Shown: piece by piece, positions 1-12,151 of the stretch
Layout of the letters: the number at the start of each line of letters is the position of its first letter
Numbering within the stretch: position 1 is the stretch's first letter
Assembly: GCA_001600815.1 (NCBI GenBank)
Contig: BCKZ01000016.1
Location: 609,077-634,335 of the forward strand
Direction: 5' to 3'
DNA length: 25,259 nucleotides
From: Alloascoidea hylecoeti
Lineage: Eukaryota
Made by a program: the position numbers and the translations under genes
The notes under the pieces: generated by a model
What the model was told of the DNA's origin: nothing
What the model saw: only the letters and a program-made list of their open reading frames with translations
The model's database searches: none

Positions 1-731
1 TTCGAACTTATCTTTCTTGGAAAGATGTTCGAAAGAACGCAAGAGATACACAAGATGGGGCTGCTGCAGAAGGTGCTGATCTATTAGATGATGCTGGTTT
101 AGCAAGTGGAGGTCCAGGAGGTGCTTCTGGTAATGATGCTTCAAAAGCTTTGAAAGTTCAAAAAAGTGCCAAAATTAGACTTCCTTGGGAAATACAATTC
201 ATGTTTAGTGAACAACCATTAGAAGCAAATGAAGATGAGGAAGATGAAGAAGAAATAGAAGCCGTTTATGCTTCTATTCAAAGATTGAAAACTGCTGATG
301 AAAGAACTAGAGATATGACAAGAGAAGAATATGTTCATTGGTCTGAATGCCGTCAAGCATCTTTTACTTTTAGAAAAGCAAAACGTTTTAGAGAATGGGC
401 TGGTATATCCCAATTAATCGAAACAAAACCACATGATGATATTGTGGATACATTAGGGTTCCTCACTTTTGAACTTGTTTGTAGCTTAACTGAAGAAGCT
501 TTAAAAGTAAAGGAATTAGAAGAAATGATGGGTGATAGTGGTACAAAACATGTTGCTAAAAAGAGGAAACGAGATAATGGTTTATTTGATGGACCAGATG
601 ATGATCAAAGACCTATAATGCCCCGACATATAGAAGAAGCATACCGACGTTTACAGGTTGTATCTCCAATGAGAAAGACCATTAGAAATTATACTGGTGG
701 ATTGATAAAATCCAATATGCAATTAATTTAA
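1..731 (+). CDS. SPT3: SAGA complex subunit Spt3, 5'-truncated by window edge (frame open from base 3)
   Basis: Frame from position 3 reads RTYLSWKDVRKNA...KIRLPWEIQFMFSEQPLE...RLKTADERTRDMTREEYVHWSECRQASFTFRKAKRFREWAG...PHDDIVDTLGFLTFELV...PIMPRHIEEAYRRLQ, the characteristic Spt3 blocks. Stop TAA at 729-731. Confidence 0.96.
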   Translation, partial: RTYLSWKDVRKNARDTQDGAAAEGADLLDDAGLASGGPGGASGNDASKALKVQKSAKIRLPWEIQFMFSEQPLEANEDEEDEEEIEAVYASIQRLKTADERTRDMTREEYVHWSECRQASFTFRKAKRFREWAGISQLIETKPHDDIVDTLGFLTFELVCSLTEEALKVKELEEMMGDSGTKHVAKKRKRDNGLFDGPDDDQRPIMPRHIEEAYRRLQVVSPMRKTIRNYTGGLIKSNMQLI

Positions 732-1139
732 ACATCAATTGTATTATACAGCATAAATTTATATTTACTAGTATAAACTAATTATATTTATAAAGAATTG
801 ACTGTTCTGTTTACTGTTCATATTTTCAGTTTAGCGATCATGCTGTAAAGATTTAATGAAAAAAGTTATAAATAAAAAATATTTAATATAATTTTTAGGA
901 CAAACGGTACTCATATACCTATAATATGTAACTAGATTTGTGTACCTCTCTATAGCAAGTTTCACGTAATTTTCACGCAATTGTAACAAAACACCTAGAA
1001 CTAAATAACAAAAACATTAATCGATAAAATGAAATAAAATGAAAGACAAAGTTTGGAAAATTAAAAACAATCCCTTTATTCATCTTTAAAAGTCAATAGT
1101 TTGTTGCTAGATATTCTCAAGATTCATATCTATCATTAT

Positions 1140-4100
1140 TTATGCTACTGGAATCCTCTCCATTTCAAGATTATTCTGTTCTTTAGCCATATCCTCCAAG
1201 TCACGAAGCTCAGTTTTTTCTGCATTAGCAGCTACAAGTTCTGCTATTCTTTTAATAGTAGGAACGTGTAACCAAGATGGAACATATGCTTCAATTTTTG
1301 AAAATTGTCTAACTTCGACATTCTCGAATGGGTCACCAGGATCTGATGCATTAACATCTTCAAATAATTTGTCGTCTCCTTGACCTGAGGCTGAACTCTC
1401 TCTAACCTTTTGAGCAATGGCTTGCAAAATATCTTGACTAATTGGTGGTTCATAATCTGCAACATAGTATTGTGTTAACAACTTTTGAATTTGGGATGGT
1501 TTCAGGGCATAACAAATATCATAAATAATTTCTATATCCTCATTACTAGCCTTCTTTAATTGTAATAGTTTAGCAACCTGGAATAAATGAACTAAAAGGA
1601 ATGAACCTTGATCAAGTCCATGTGATTTACACCATTCCTCGAGTCTTGTAACATTGTAATTAAGTTGTAAACCACGCTTCCATGACAAAAAGTTTCTTCT
1701 CATCAATAGATCATTGAAACAAAGAACATCAATATAACGTAAAAGTTCTAGTATAGCGCCATTCATTACCTCCGGTTCTAAACAGTATGCTAGTTGAGCC
1801 TGTTCAAGAGAGTTGAAGAATGTCAAAACATCATCCATATTATATAGTGGTGCAGATGAGAACATCTTAGATAAAAATGGAGAAGCATCGTTGGTTATAA
1901 ATCCAGGTAATGATTGAGAAACAACAACAGCAGGAACAGCAATCTTGTCTAAAGCTTTCTTCATCTTCTTTAACCAAGTATGATAAATATTATACCCTAA
2001 AGATTCGAAATCTTCTTTAACGACAACAGCTAGATTAAGATATTCGTTATACTCACTTTCTCCCATTATCTGAATCAAGTTTTCACTTTCTACAATCATT
2101 GCATGGGCATGTGTAACAAAGGAAAGCATCTCATGAACATTAGATAACCAAAATGTTCCGACAGCTGCGATATCATCATCTTTATAAGAAATAATATATT
2201 GCTGAATTGCTTGGAAAACTTCACTCAAAAATCTCTCAGACTCTTTAACAAGACCCAATCTCCACATATCTGATATGATTATAATAATAATACGAGCTGG
2301 GAACATAACCTCCTTCGCTAATAGATTGACGGCAATGCTTGGTGCTGGAATCTTTAAATTCTTTACTAAACCATCAACAACTTCCTTATGAAGATGTTTA
2401 CTGTCTTGAAGAAGCTCAGCAAGCTCAAAGTCGAAATCGATATCTGACGCACTGTCATCTTCGTATTGATTATAAAGAGTAGCGCTACCAGTATCAACCG
2501 AATTAGCCAATGATTCACGCTGAGAAACTGGGAATGCAACAGACATTGGTCTGTTTTTATCACTAACATTATTGGTGGGAGAAGACCATTTGCCAGGAGC
2601 TGGTGACAAACTGCGTCTATTTTGTATGGGTTGGTTCTTTCTGATCTTAGGTGCACCTATATTATCAATAGATATCTGTGCAGATTTAGAAATTTGTTCC
2701 AAGCGGGCATTGTCAGATCTCAAGTTTCCAATCTCTGCTTTTAAGTCGTCAATTCTAGTATTAAGAGATGCCTCCTTTTCTAAGTGACCATTGATTGTAT
2801 CTTGTGCTTTGGCAAATTCTTCATCTTTTTCCTTAATCTTGGATTCTAGATCAGCATATTGGGACTTAATCTTTTCAACTGTAGTCAATGCTTCTTGTTT
2901 ATCATCTTCGACTGCAGCAATGGCAGCCTCGAGGGTCTTGATTTTGGTTTGGTATTCATCCCGTACCTTCTTACTATCTTCTTCATATTCCTTTTCTCTT
3001 TCTAATAGATCACCCCTTGCTGTCTTAGACTGCTGTGCTATCTTTTCAAGACGCTCTATTTGGGCCTTCAACTTCTTATTTTCACTATTTCTTCCTGCTA
3101 AGTTCTGTGTCAACTCAACAACCTTATTCTCTAATTGATAAGAAACTTCCTTGAAATGCTCAGCGCTCTTAGACTCCACCTTAAGTTGTTGCAATTCACG
3201 AATAGCAAACCGACGACGGAAGCAACTTTGAGTATAGATAATCGCTTTTCTTGACTTAAGATACTCTTGTCTTTGATGTTTACCCCTCCACCATGTTTGA
3301 ATGACAACAGCAGCCTCAGTTTGCCGTATTCTCACGAGTTTGGCTCTGATTAGACGACCACGAGAAATAGCCTGGAAAATGATAGTCGAAGCATTTGCAT
3401 CAGCATACATCTTACGAATAAGATATCCTCTGACAAGAGATTGAATACTGGTTGCAGCCCTTCTTTCAACCTCCTTTCTAAAGTTAGCTCTGATACGATG
3501 ACCACGTAACAATGCTTGGGAATTGATAATGCTCTTTCTGATTTCTCTATATCTATTTCTGTATAGAAGCATTCTAAGGTTCTTCTGGATCAAAACAGCA
3601 CACGAATGTAGTCTATCACTTCTCTTCTTTTCAAGGAAGGCAAGCATACCAGCCTTGAAAAAGATTTTAGTATTACCAGTCTGATATTTTTTATTATCCT
3701 CTATTGTGGATGTTAAAACTCTACTACAGAACTCGTTGATATCAGTTGGTACCCATTCTGATGAAGGGATAAGCATGTAATATCTACTAGCAAACTCCTC
3801 ATAGGTCCATCTGGTTGGGAAACCTACACATGAAATTCTAATAGTTTCAAGAACACCACATGCTCTCAATTGAGATAAAACCATCAGTGAATCAAACTTC
3901 CAAGCCACTTTCTCTTCATTTGGTTTGATACAACGAATATAATGAACATTTGTAGAATTTATAATTTTCATTAAATCAATAAGAGATGCTTTGAAAATGG
4001 AACCCAAAGTAGGTTTTCTATGGACCATTCTTCTACCACCTTTGGCAGGAGCAGCGGCCGCAACTTTTGCTTGTGCAGCTTCAACTGAAGCAAACACTTC

Positions 4101-5708
4101 TTTAAGAAGAGGATTTGTTGTTGCTTTCAATGCCTCCAAGTGTCCATCGGAAACAGTATCACGATTCTTTTCAATAAAACCTTCAGAGTCATAAGCAACA
4201 TCAATAGCATAATGAGCAACAATGAACTTATTATTTCCAAATCTTGGTTTCTTGAATACTTTATTATGAGGAGGTTTATCCAAAGATTGGTACAATTTTG
4301 TCATCCAGGATTCATCACTACCGCTTGGTAATCTAGATTCCTCATCTAACAAAGATAGAATACCCAATTTAGATTCGATTAAATCAATACATGGTTGATT
4401 ATCAGTGAACTCAATAAATTTCCACTCAAGTTCTTCTCTAATATATTCCTCCTGTTCCAATTTGAAAACATGTTGATTAAACTCTTGTTGTAATTTTTCA
4501 TTTGCATAATTAATACAAAATTGTTCAAAAGAGTTCTTTTCGAAATGCTCAAACCCAAAAATATCTAAAACACCAATGAAGGAAGCAACATCATCCTGCA
4601 AGGATTCTGGACAAAGATCTGAGTTAATGAAATCAACAAGCCAATCGAAAATACAAGAGTAAATATACTTTGCAACAGAGTCACGAGAAACAACAGCTTG
4701 TGTATGATTTAAACTTGAAATAATTTTTTCACTTCTTGTAGTGATTTGTTTCTTAACGATCCATTTAGCAAAGTCAGTTGCAGAAACACCTAACATTTCA
4801 CATGCTTTTAAAAGATTTGGTTCATCAGATGCTAAATGTGCATCATTTCTTGTTGCAACGATTTCGATATTACCAAGACGTAGTAAACCACTTAATATTT
4901 CAAATATATATATCTGTTTTTCTTCACTCATACCAATTAATGATAAAGCATCTCTTGTAATTTCAAATTCTTCCTTATCATCAACCCGATCTATTTTAAT
5001 TTCTCCTCCTTGATTAAGATAAAAGTATTCTTCTGCAGGAAGTAAACCAATTTTTTCACGCATTTTTTCATCTGCACCAGCACATAATTGATAAAAGATG
5101 TGATAATTTCTTTCAGTTTTTGGTTGGAAAACAAGTCTTGAACGTTCCAACAAATAAGTTCTAATTTCAGCACCAATGATATTTCGCTTCTTATCAAATA
5201 AAATTTCTAAATATTTACCAAAACGAGAAGAATTATCATTTCTTGTAGTTTTAGCATTACCAAAAGCCTCCATAATTGGGTTTGTGGCCAAGATTTGTTC
5301 TTCTGTTTGACTCATAGATTCAGCTGGCTGGTTCATAATACCTGTATCTTGTGCGTCGGCATCCTCAACGGTAGCGAAATATCGCATAATAAATTTAGCA
5401 CTAACAGTTTTACCAGCACCGGACTCACCAGAGACAACCACAGTTTGATTTTTCTTGTCTCTAACCATACACCTAAAAGCATCTTCGGATATAGCAAACA
5501 AATGCGGCTCTAATTCACCTCTCGTTCGGCCAGCATATGCTTGTATGATATCAGGAGAATACAGATTATCAAGTTTCTGAAAGGGGTTTGCAGCGATCAA
5601 GACTATACCTGAGTAAGTATAGATATTTGAGCGGCTGTACCTGACACGAATGGCGTGAAGCACTGAAGATGATTAATATTAGTGTTAAAAATGTCTCAGA
5701 TCAATGCG

Positions 5709-5740
<32 letters not shown>

Positions 5741-6264
5741 ACAAATCACAAAAAGGGGCAAACATACCAGCAGGTTCATTAAGGTAGGAAAGACTTGTTA
5801 AATCTTCAGCAGCCTCTAGTATAGGAGGATTTCGCAAAGCCAATTGCGAATTTTCTTCGTCGAGAGAAAGGGTGGTGACAGTGACAGTCTATAAATCCGA
5901 ATGTTAGATATCGTAATTATTAAAACCGAGAGAGATCAAAACATACTTCTTCTTCATCTTTCTTGAGATGGATTGTGTACTTTCCAGCACTTTCAGTGAT
6001 TTCTGTGACATCGGTGGGGATCCAACCAAGTTTCTTATCTGGGTACCAGCAGCTCCTATATAGAATATGGGATGTTAGCGATTGAAGTTCCTAGGATAAG
6101 TTCAAATCAAAACTAAAACCCGTGGAGTGAAGGTGTACACCGTGGCCACCCAGCATGGACAAAGAGATGTATAATTGAGAATGGCAGACAGGGGCTAAGG
6201 AATTGAGATTGTAGAACAGTACTTACGTGCCAACTTCGTAAACGTGAGACGAGGAGGAAGACAT
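1140..6264 (-). CDS. MYO2: Class V myosin heavy chain, 1596 aa; exons 6264-6227, 6055-5947, 5888-5768, 5662-1140
   Basis: Spliced N-terminus MSSSSSHVYEVGTSCWYPDKKLGWIP...LRNPPILEAAEDLTSLSYLNEPAVLHAI. P-loop GESGAGKT, NDNSSRFGK, LDIFGFE, IQ repeats, coiled coil and Dilute/cargo-binding tail (FNDLLMRRNFLSWKRGLQLNYNV). The three GT-AG introns restore the frame exactly (4791 nt). Confidence 0.97.
5663..5767 (-). other. MYO2 intron 3 (105 nt) containing a 31-nt poly(U) tract
   Basis: GTATGT donor, ACTAAT branch, CAG acceptor; restores the conserved NEPA-V-LHAI. A31 run on the + strand at 5709-5739. Confidence 0.92.
5889..5946 (-). other. MYO2 intron 2 (58 nt)
   Basis: GTATGT donor, TCTAAC branch, TAG acceptor, phase 0. 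Confidence 0.9.
6056..6226 (-). other. MYO2 intron 1 (171 nt)
   Basis: GTAAGT donor, GCTAAC branch, TAG acceptor; joins GGC-AC|G-AGC-TGC-TGG (GTSCW). Confidence 0.9.
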
Positions 6265-6354
6265 TGGGGCATATACTGGATTCTAAAGGAAGGTGAGAGG
6301 AGTGTTGGAAGGGTGGTGATGAGAGGCCACAAGGCGGTCATCCCAGTTCCAGGA

Positions 6355-6364
6355 GTCACGTGAC
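6355..6364. promoter_or_regulatory. Cbf1/bHLH (CDEI-type) site GTCACGTGAC in the short divergent promoter of MYO2
   Basis: Perfect 10-bp palindrome matching RTCACGTG, 90 bp upstream of the MYO2 ATG. Confidence 0.6.
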
Positions 6365-6421
6365 CTACTACCCCTTACAATTAATTGAGATCTGCTGTCA
6401 ACTTAACCCCTTTTATATCAC

Positions 6422-6787
6422 ATGTGGCGACTCTACTATAGATACTTCCCGAAGGCTATCCCGGCTGGTGAGAGACGGGCCCTAAATTCTAGAGATGATG
6501 CAAATAAATCCACAGCCGCTGATCAGTTATCGGCCTTCAACTTCAAAATGAGACCTAGAACGGGCTCCGCAGGGTCCCTTGCGTCCCTTGGCTCTCTCCA
6601 CACCTCCGCGGAATCCACAAAGCTTGTTCAAGATGGGGAGGCCCATGCCCGACCAGTCGCTGTGTCTCACAATGCTACAGCCCGCCATAGACACAGCAGT
6701 GGGTTCTTGTTTTCTGCTGTTGACATTGATTCGTATGCCTTAATGACAGACGATCCGGTCACAAACAGCTATCCAAAATCTGCCTAG
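6422..6787 (+). CDS. Hypothetical 121-aa protein, family not recognised
   Basis: ATG-initiated ORF that is more GC-rich than its flanks, lies divergent from MYO2 and is followed by an AT-rich terminator-like stretch. No recognisable domain. Confidence 0.55.
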   Translation: MWRLYYRYFPKAIPAGERRALNSRDDANKSTAADQLSAFNFKMRPRTGSAGSLASLGSLHTSAESTKLVQDGEAHARPVAVSHNATARHRHSSGFLFSAVDIDSYALMTDDPVTNSYPKSA

Positions 6788-7065
6788 AAGCTTTTGAAAT
6801 TGTATTTGTGACTTGCCTGGAATGAAATGCTCATATGCTGTTTATTATCATGTCTTTATTTATAATTGTAATTGTTTGTTTGGTGCACGTATCTGGATGT
6901 GCTTGCTTCTGTAGATTCGCTATGCTCCACACCTACTTCTCACACTGAGAGAGATGATCTCATACTTCTTAAACTTTGAGTCTCGATGGCCGATTTCCTT
7001 ACCCGACTTTGATAGAACAATATTGTGATATATCGGCATAACAAATATGCTACATAACCACGAAA

Positions 7066-8076
7066 ATGCCGCCAACGTAAGCATTTGTACCATCTGAATA
7101 TATTCACTGTTCATCAATACATCTATTGTTTAAATACTAAATACTTCCGCCCAATATTACTTCTTAAATTTCTAGAACATCATTCATTGAAGTATCAAAC
7201 AAATCAATCGTCCCCATCAGATTCTACATAAATAGAAGAGTGATATTGGAACAGCACAGAAAGCAACGAAGTATGTTTTCTAATTATAATGTCATATGTA
7301 AGATTTATCTCGCTAATTATAATCGACTAGAGCCTTCATTCGAAACAAATATACCCACTGGTCCTAATTCTGTCAAAGGTAAAAATGAAAACTCTCAGCA
7401 GATTGTTTGTAATAACAATATTATGGATAGCTTAACCCTGAGTCAACGTGATTTAAATAAATTTTGGGACGACCAAGAAGTTGTTGGACAATTAAAAGAA
7501 ATCTTATATACAAGGGGTATGTCGATCATGATGATTGTTTTGGATCTGATGTCTAACTTTTGAACAGATATTGGGAATTCTAAGAAATCAACAGCGAAAG
7601 CAGACAAATTAATAATAGCGGAATCATTAAATACTAAATCTGGATGGAAAACAAAGATAATAATTAATAGGAATTGGTTATTAAATTTTAGGACTTGGGA
7701 GGAAATTGATAAATATCGAAAGCCATCATCTTTAGATCTTGGTGATGCATGGCATAATATTTGGGCTTCGCATCCACGATATCAAAATGGGATATATGTT
7801 GTATCAAGAAGATTAAAATGGAATAATGAAAAGGGAAAAAGTAGTATAGAACCTGCTGTACTTGAAGAAAGTGATTCAGAACCAGGTCTCAATAGTGATG
7901 ATGATATTGCAATTGTTGATTCGATTTCAGAACTTAATGAAAGTCCACAAAATCAACTTCTATTGAGCAATGAAGATAATAATAATAAAAAATCATTCAA
8001 GTATGCCTATGAAAAACAATATGTTTTAGGGAGAGGGTTTGATATCGTCGTATCAGAAAAAGGCTCTGGATCTTAG
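7066..8076 (+). CDS. SAW1: Saw1-like protein (Rad1-Rad10 targeting factor, single-strand annealing), 266 aa; exons 7066-7076, 7176-7270, 7331-7516, 7568-8076
   Basis: Spliced product MPPTTSFIEVSNKSIVPIRFYINRRVILEQ...LSQRDLNKF...LKEILY...GWKTKIIIN...KKSFKYAYEKQYVLGRGFDIVV resembles S. cerevisiae Saw1 as recalled (MAPSIATVKIARDMVLPLRIFVNRKQILQ...LSQQDKKNL...KPVIEFMYKPVINLGEIIDVHV). Length is similar and it sits next to a myosin V gene, as SAW1 does. Introns 7077-7175 (GTAAGC..TAG), 7271-7330 (GTATGT..TAG), 7517-7567 (GTATGT..CAG). Confidence 0.82.
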
Positions 8077-8086
8077 GAAATATAAT

Positions 8087-8120
8087 TTTACATCATAATT
8101 ATATTTACATCATAATTATA
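8087..8120. repeat. 17-bp perfect tandem duplication (TTTACATCATAATTATA x2)
   Basis: Directly visible just after the SAW1 stop codon. Confidence 0.85.
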
Positions 8121-8423
8121 TGCATCTACTTATTTTACCATCGTACATTATTTTAGGTTATCATGTAAAAGAAAGAGATTATATAATTTTATTACTTATT
8201 ATTATAATTAGTTAATTGACAGTCCTTTATTGAATCCGACAAAGAAAAAATTGAAAAGACAAATAATACACAAAAAGAGAAATAAGCTCAAGTTAAATAA
8301 ATTTAAAGCTATTATTGTTAAGAAACGGCAATTGAGGGAAGCAAAAACTAGATAAAAATACACTCAATATTGCCACTTTCAGTTGGTGAGGAGAGAAAAA
8401 AAAAAAAAGCGCAAGCTTTAGGG

Positions 8424-9359
8424 TTAAACAATAATCTTTTCAGGCTCAACTTCTTCCTCATGCTTCTCTTCGTAGAAATCTTCATGGTCGACTTCCTCCT
8501 CCTCTTCGTCTTCGTAAACGTCATCAGCATGACGAATAGAAAGTGTTGGTTTGACAGATGCATTCTCTAAAGTCCAAGAGGCCAATGAGTTCTCAGCATC
8601 AATAATGATTTGTTTAGAGGCATCATAACCATCGTAAGCTGGTCTTGTTTCACCAGGAGTAACGGGAGTATCATCCAATAGTTCTAGAAGAGCCTTACCA
8701 TACCCAGCAATCAATGCCAACTTCTCAGTATGTTCACGAATAGAGTCAAATTGGTAGTTAAAGGCAGCCTTTAGTTTTTCTCTAGTAATATTGGATAGTT
8801 GGGCCTCAGCAACAAGAGACTCAGCTTCAGCACGGACCAATTCTTGTTCCAAAACCACAATCTTTGGAGAGTTAGGATCCTTGTACTTCAAGTATGCAAT
8901 TTGATCAGTGATCTTTTGTTTCCTTTCACGGGCAGGTTGAACAGAAGCCTCAATGTTTCTGATAGATTTGAGAGTGATACGATATTGGTCGTACTTGTCA
9001 ATGAATTGATCTTCTAATTCACCGATCTCATAGATCAAGACACCGAGCTTATCAGTAACGTCAGAGACATCGTCATCATTCTCTTCACCCCAAAGGGAGA
9101 GTTGTTTGGCAACTTCTCTACGCTCACGAGCAACTAACTCAACAGAACGCATAACATTTTTTTCCATTTTAATGAGTTGGGCAAGCTTTTTAGCGAGGTC
9201 AGGACCCAAAGATCCGGCGGCGGAGCGACGGAAGGAATGGGAGAGAGAACCCTTACCAAAAAATCTCCCAGACTTTGTTGTTGAGGGAGGTGGAGGTGGA
9301 GATGCGATCTGAGAGGCAGTGGGAGCTCTGTTTTCACGGAGGGAGTAAGTTCTGTGCAT
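8424..9359 (-). CDS. LSP1: Eisosome BAR-domain core protein, Pil1/Lsp1 family (closer to Lsp1)
   Basis: MHRTYSLR...[70 protein letters not shown]. Residues [16 protein letters not shown] and DDVYEDE favour Lsp1 over Pil1, but the paralog call is not certain. Confidence 0.9.
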   Translation of the reverse strand: MHRTYSLRENRAPTASQIASPPPPPSTTKSGRFFGKGSLSHSFRRSAAGSLGPDLAKKLAQLIKMEKNVMRSVELVARERREVAKQLSLWGEENDDDVSDVTDKLGVLIYEIGELEDQFIDKYDQYRITLKSIRNIEASVQPARERKQKITDQIAYLKYKDPNSPKIVVLEQELVRAEAESLVAEAQLSNITREKLKAAFNYQFDSIREHTEKLALIAGYGKALLELLDDTPVTPGETRPAYDGYDASKQIIIDAENSLASWTLENASVKPTLSIRHADDVYEDEEEEEVDHEDFYEEKHEEEVEPEKIIV

Positions 9360-9510
9360 TATAGGAGAATCAACGGTTTAATTGAGAGTGTGAGAAAGAA
9401 GAAAAGGGTGGAGCGAGAAGCAAACAAAGGTGGCCGGCATGTGCTGCTTGAACTGCGATTCAAATTGCCTGTTTAAGACGCGACCCGCATCCGTTTCTTA
9501 GATCTTCCCA

Positions 9511-9789
9511 ACGTCATCACGAGGCTATAGTTATAAATGTCATTAATTGCATATTTCAACTAAGCAATTGTCTTTGTCCGATGACTCACGACCACTCTTT
9601 GAAAGACACTGGCTTCCAAGTTCCCACACTTGAACACTTCCATTTAAAATGTCACTCATGATATAATTATGATATAATATTATGTTTGACACTCTTTCAC
9701 CTGCAGATGTAGAGTTATGCGTCATCACACAGAACACAGGGAAGTGGCCTACCAGGTCTCACAGCTATTTTCATCCCGGCAAAACGTCA
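9511..9789. promoter_or_regulatory. Cluster of bZIP-type sites upstream of LSP1
   Basis: ACGTCAT (9511), TGACTCA (9582), GCGTCAT (9719), ACGTCA (9784); CGTCATCAC occurs twice. Confidence 0.35.
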
Positions 9790-10105
9790 ATTCAAAGACA
9801 AAGACAATGAATAAACATCCGTGGAAGACAAGATACGGGGTTTGGGGATGTTGAATCGGCCCTCTGCATAATAATAATAGCGCCAACTCTAAACATCTTA
9901 GGGTTCTACTATGCTGATTGCAATTGCAAGTGGTGAAATTTCAAAGTTAGCTTTACCTACAACTACCCTATATGCTTTAGATCTGTGATTCTGTATTATA
10001 AAAAATCATTTCAGCATATGTAATAGCATTTGCACTCCAGGTGAAAAGCTATCTTATATAAATATACATTCATGGTTAATAAAATATACCACCTCATGAT
10101 ATGTT

Positions 10106-12151
10106 TCAAATATCGCTGAATTCTCCATTACCCACTCGCTCCTTGACAGTCTCAAACACTTTGAGCATCTTCCGTCTAGCACCAAGTGCACTAACTCCTT
10201 TCTCCGCTAGTTGATCGCTGTCCAATTCAATTAAGTCCCTCCATCCCATGTCCTTCAAATTCTCCGTATACTTGTGAAGTCTTAGAGTTCGTAGCCAACT
10301 TGGAATATCAAGAAGCAACTCAACGGTAATAGGTTCTAATGTACGTGGCGATGATGGCATGCCTGTCATCGACCCCCCCGTTAAAGGTCCTCCATGCACC
10401 TGTTGTTTGTATGGGGTTATAGGCGCGGGAATATGTCTATACTGTTTGTTTGATCGTGGGTGTGCATGAAGCCTTGAAGGAGAATTATTGTTATTATTAT
10501 ATACCATGCCATTCGACTGTAAATAATGGGGATTCTGTTGTGGATGTGGGGGTAGACTAAGAACTGGTGAACTCATATTACTGCCACTTTGGTTGTTATT
10601 TTTGAATGCCATCCTCAATAAGGAAGAATCGTTGTTATCCATTTTATACGAGTTTTGAGAAACAGATCGATGATGATGAGGTGATACGTTTACGTTCATG
10701 TTTACTTGATATCCTGAATTGTTATTTCGTCTATTTCCCATTGAATAAACATCACGAGTGGGTGTAGTAGAACCTCCCTGTTTAGAATCCATCATGGCCC
10801 TGGAATTTATTGTTGAAAGTGCAGCCATTTTCATCGACGCAGAACTATTCAATTCATCTGCCAATTTATAGGAGTTCACTGGCATTGAGCCATTCACGTT
10901 GTCATCCGTATATACGTTTGCTGAATCAGCGGACAAAAATGTTGTTAAATCAACAGGGAATGGGGAATATGGCCCAGATGACACTGTAGGCGATTTTGTA
11001 TTGGACCGTAGTCCGGCTTCCAAATTAAATCCAGTTGAATTATTATTATTCAATGGATATTCCGGTTGGCTTACCACTCTAGATAATGGTTCATCACTAT
11101 TAAGATACGAGCGGTAATTTTGTCTGTTGTATAACGGAGACATTGGTTCTGTACCAGACATGAAGCCAATATCATTAATATCATCATTCTTCTCCAAAAT
11201 ATTATTCCAAGTGGGTCTCGATGCAGTAGGATCTGCAGAACGAGATCGTTGAATAAGATCAAAACTCGGGCGATTCCAACCTTCCAATATTGGAGACTTC
11301 ACATGGAAACTATTCGTTGAAGGCGAGTCCAAATCCGCCCGCACAAGTGTGCCATTGTTATTATATCCGGTGAAGATGTTTCTATTTGGCAAAAGCAAAG
11401 AGTTGATAGAAGTATTGGGCTGTTGAGGAACCGGAAAAATACGCGAAGTGGTTAAAGAAGGCGTCAGTGCATGCTTGGTTGTCATTTGGTCATTTGTAGA
11501 TGCTAAGGTGCCAGTTATATCATCACCATTAAAAGGGTCTTCTATATTTAGTCCTAAGAGAGGTTCAGATAACTGACTTCTGTGTGTTGGTCTAAATGGA
11601 GATAAAGTCCGACTCTCACTTGGCATTTCACAGTTATTGTTTATAGGCCAATGGGAATCATGTATAGTCAATTTATTCATCGCGGAAGTAACTTTTGAAT
11701 CTTGGGACCGATCATTCGACAGAGGGATTTTTGCCATCCGATTAATTAGTGAGTCTACAGCCAATACTTTTTCTTTATAAGAAAGTAAATCAAACCATTG
11801 CTCGAGTGAACGTAATTCGGCTGCAAAATCGTTGGTATAATCGACATCTGAAAATGAGTCCACTTGGTTTGGTGTTTGAAAAGACAAAGATGTCTCGGGG
11901 GTTGAAACACTATTTTTTGAGCTTCCTTTACTCCGGTTAGATGGTGTATGTCCATGATTGTTTATTAAACGTGTAGGGTTTTTGTCATTATTTGGGAAGG
12001 AGTAACAAATGGGAGGTCCACCAGCTCCGCCAGCATCCGGTGTTGGCTTGAAGTTTGTCATTGGTGACTGAAAGGAGGTAGAATCAGCAGAAGAAATAAA
12101 AGCTGTGTGATTATCTTGTGATGTATTAGGATCCGGTAGTACTGTTGTCAT
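10106..12151 (-). CDS. VTS1: Smaug-family RNA-binding protein Vts1 (C-terminal SAM domain), 681 aa
   Basis: C-terminal [54 protein letters not shown]-terminal [11 protein letters not shown] box; long N/S/P-rich disordered middle. Confidence 0.94.
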   Translation of the reverse strand: MTTVLPDPNTSQDNHTAFISSADSTSFQSPMTNFKPTPDAGGAGGPPICYSFPNNDKNPTRLINNHGHTPSNRSKGSSKNSVSTPETSLSFQTPNQVDSFSDVDYTNDFAAELRSLEQWFDLLSYKEKVLAVDSLINRMAKIPLSNDRSQDSKVTSAMNKLTIHDSHWPINNNCEMPSESRTLSPFRPTHRSQLSEPLLGLNIEDPFNGDDITGTLASTNDQMTTKHALTPSLTTSRIFPVPQQPNTSINSLLLPNRNIFTGYNNNGTLVRADLDSPSTNSFHVKSPILEGWNRPSFDLIQRSRSADPTASRPTWNNILEKNDDINDIGFMSGTEPMSPLYNRQNYRSYLNSDEPLSRVVSQPEYPLNNNNSTGFNLEAGLRSNTKSPTVSSGPYSPFPVDLTTFLSADSANVYTDDNVNGSMPVNSYKLADELNSSASMKMAALSTINSRAMMDSKQGGSTTPTRDVYSMGNRRNNNSGYQVNMNVNVSPHHHRSVSQNSYKMDNNDSSLLRMAFKNNNQSGSNMSSPVLSLPPHPQQNPHYLQSNGMVYNNNNNSPSRLHAHPRSNKQYRHIPAPITPYKQQVHGGPLTGGSMTGMPSSPRTLEPITVELLLDIPSWLRTLRLHKYTENLKDMGWRDLIELDSDQLAEKGVSALGARRKMLKVFETVKERVGNGEFSDI

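Noticed and set aside
6920..7117. 65-aa - strand ORF, with possible readthrough of its TAG
   Set aside because: Overlaps SAW1 exon 1 and its promoter antisense; no recognisable motif.
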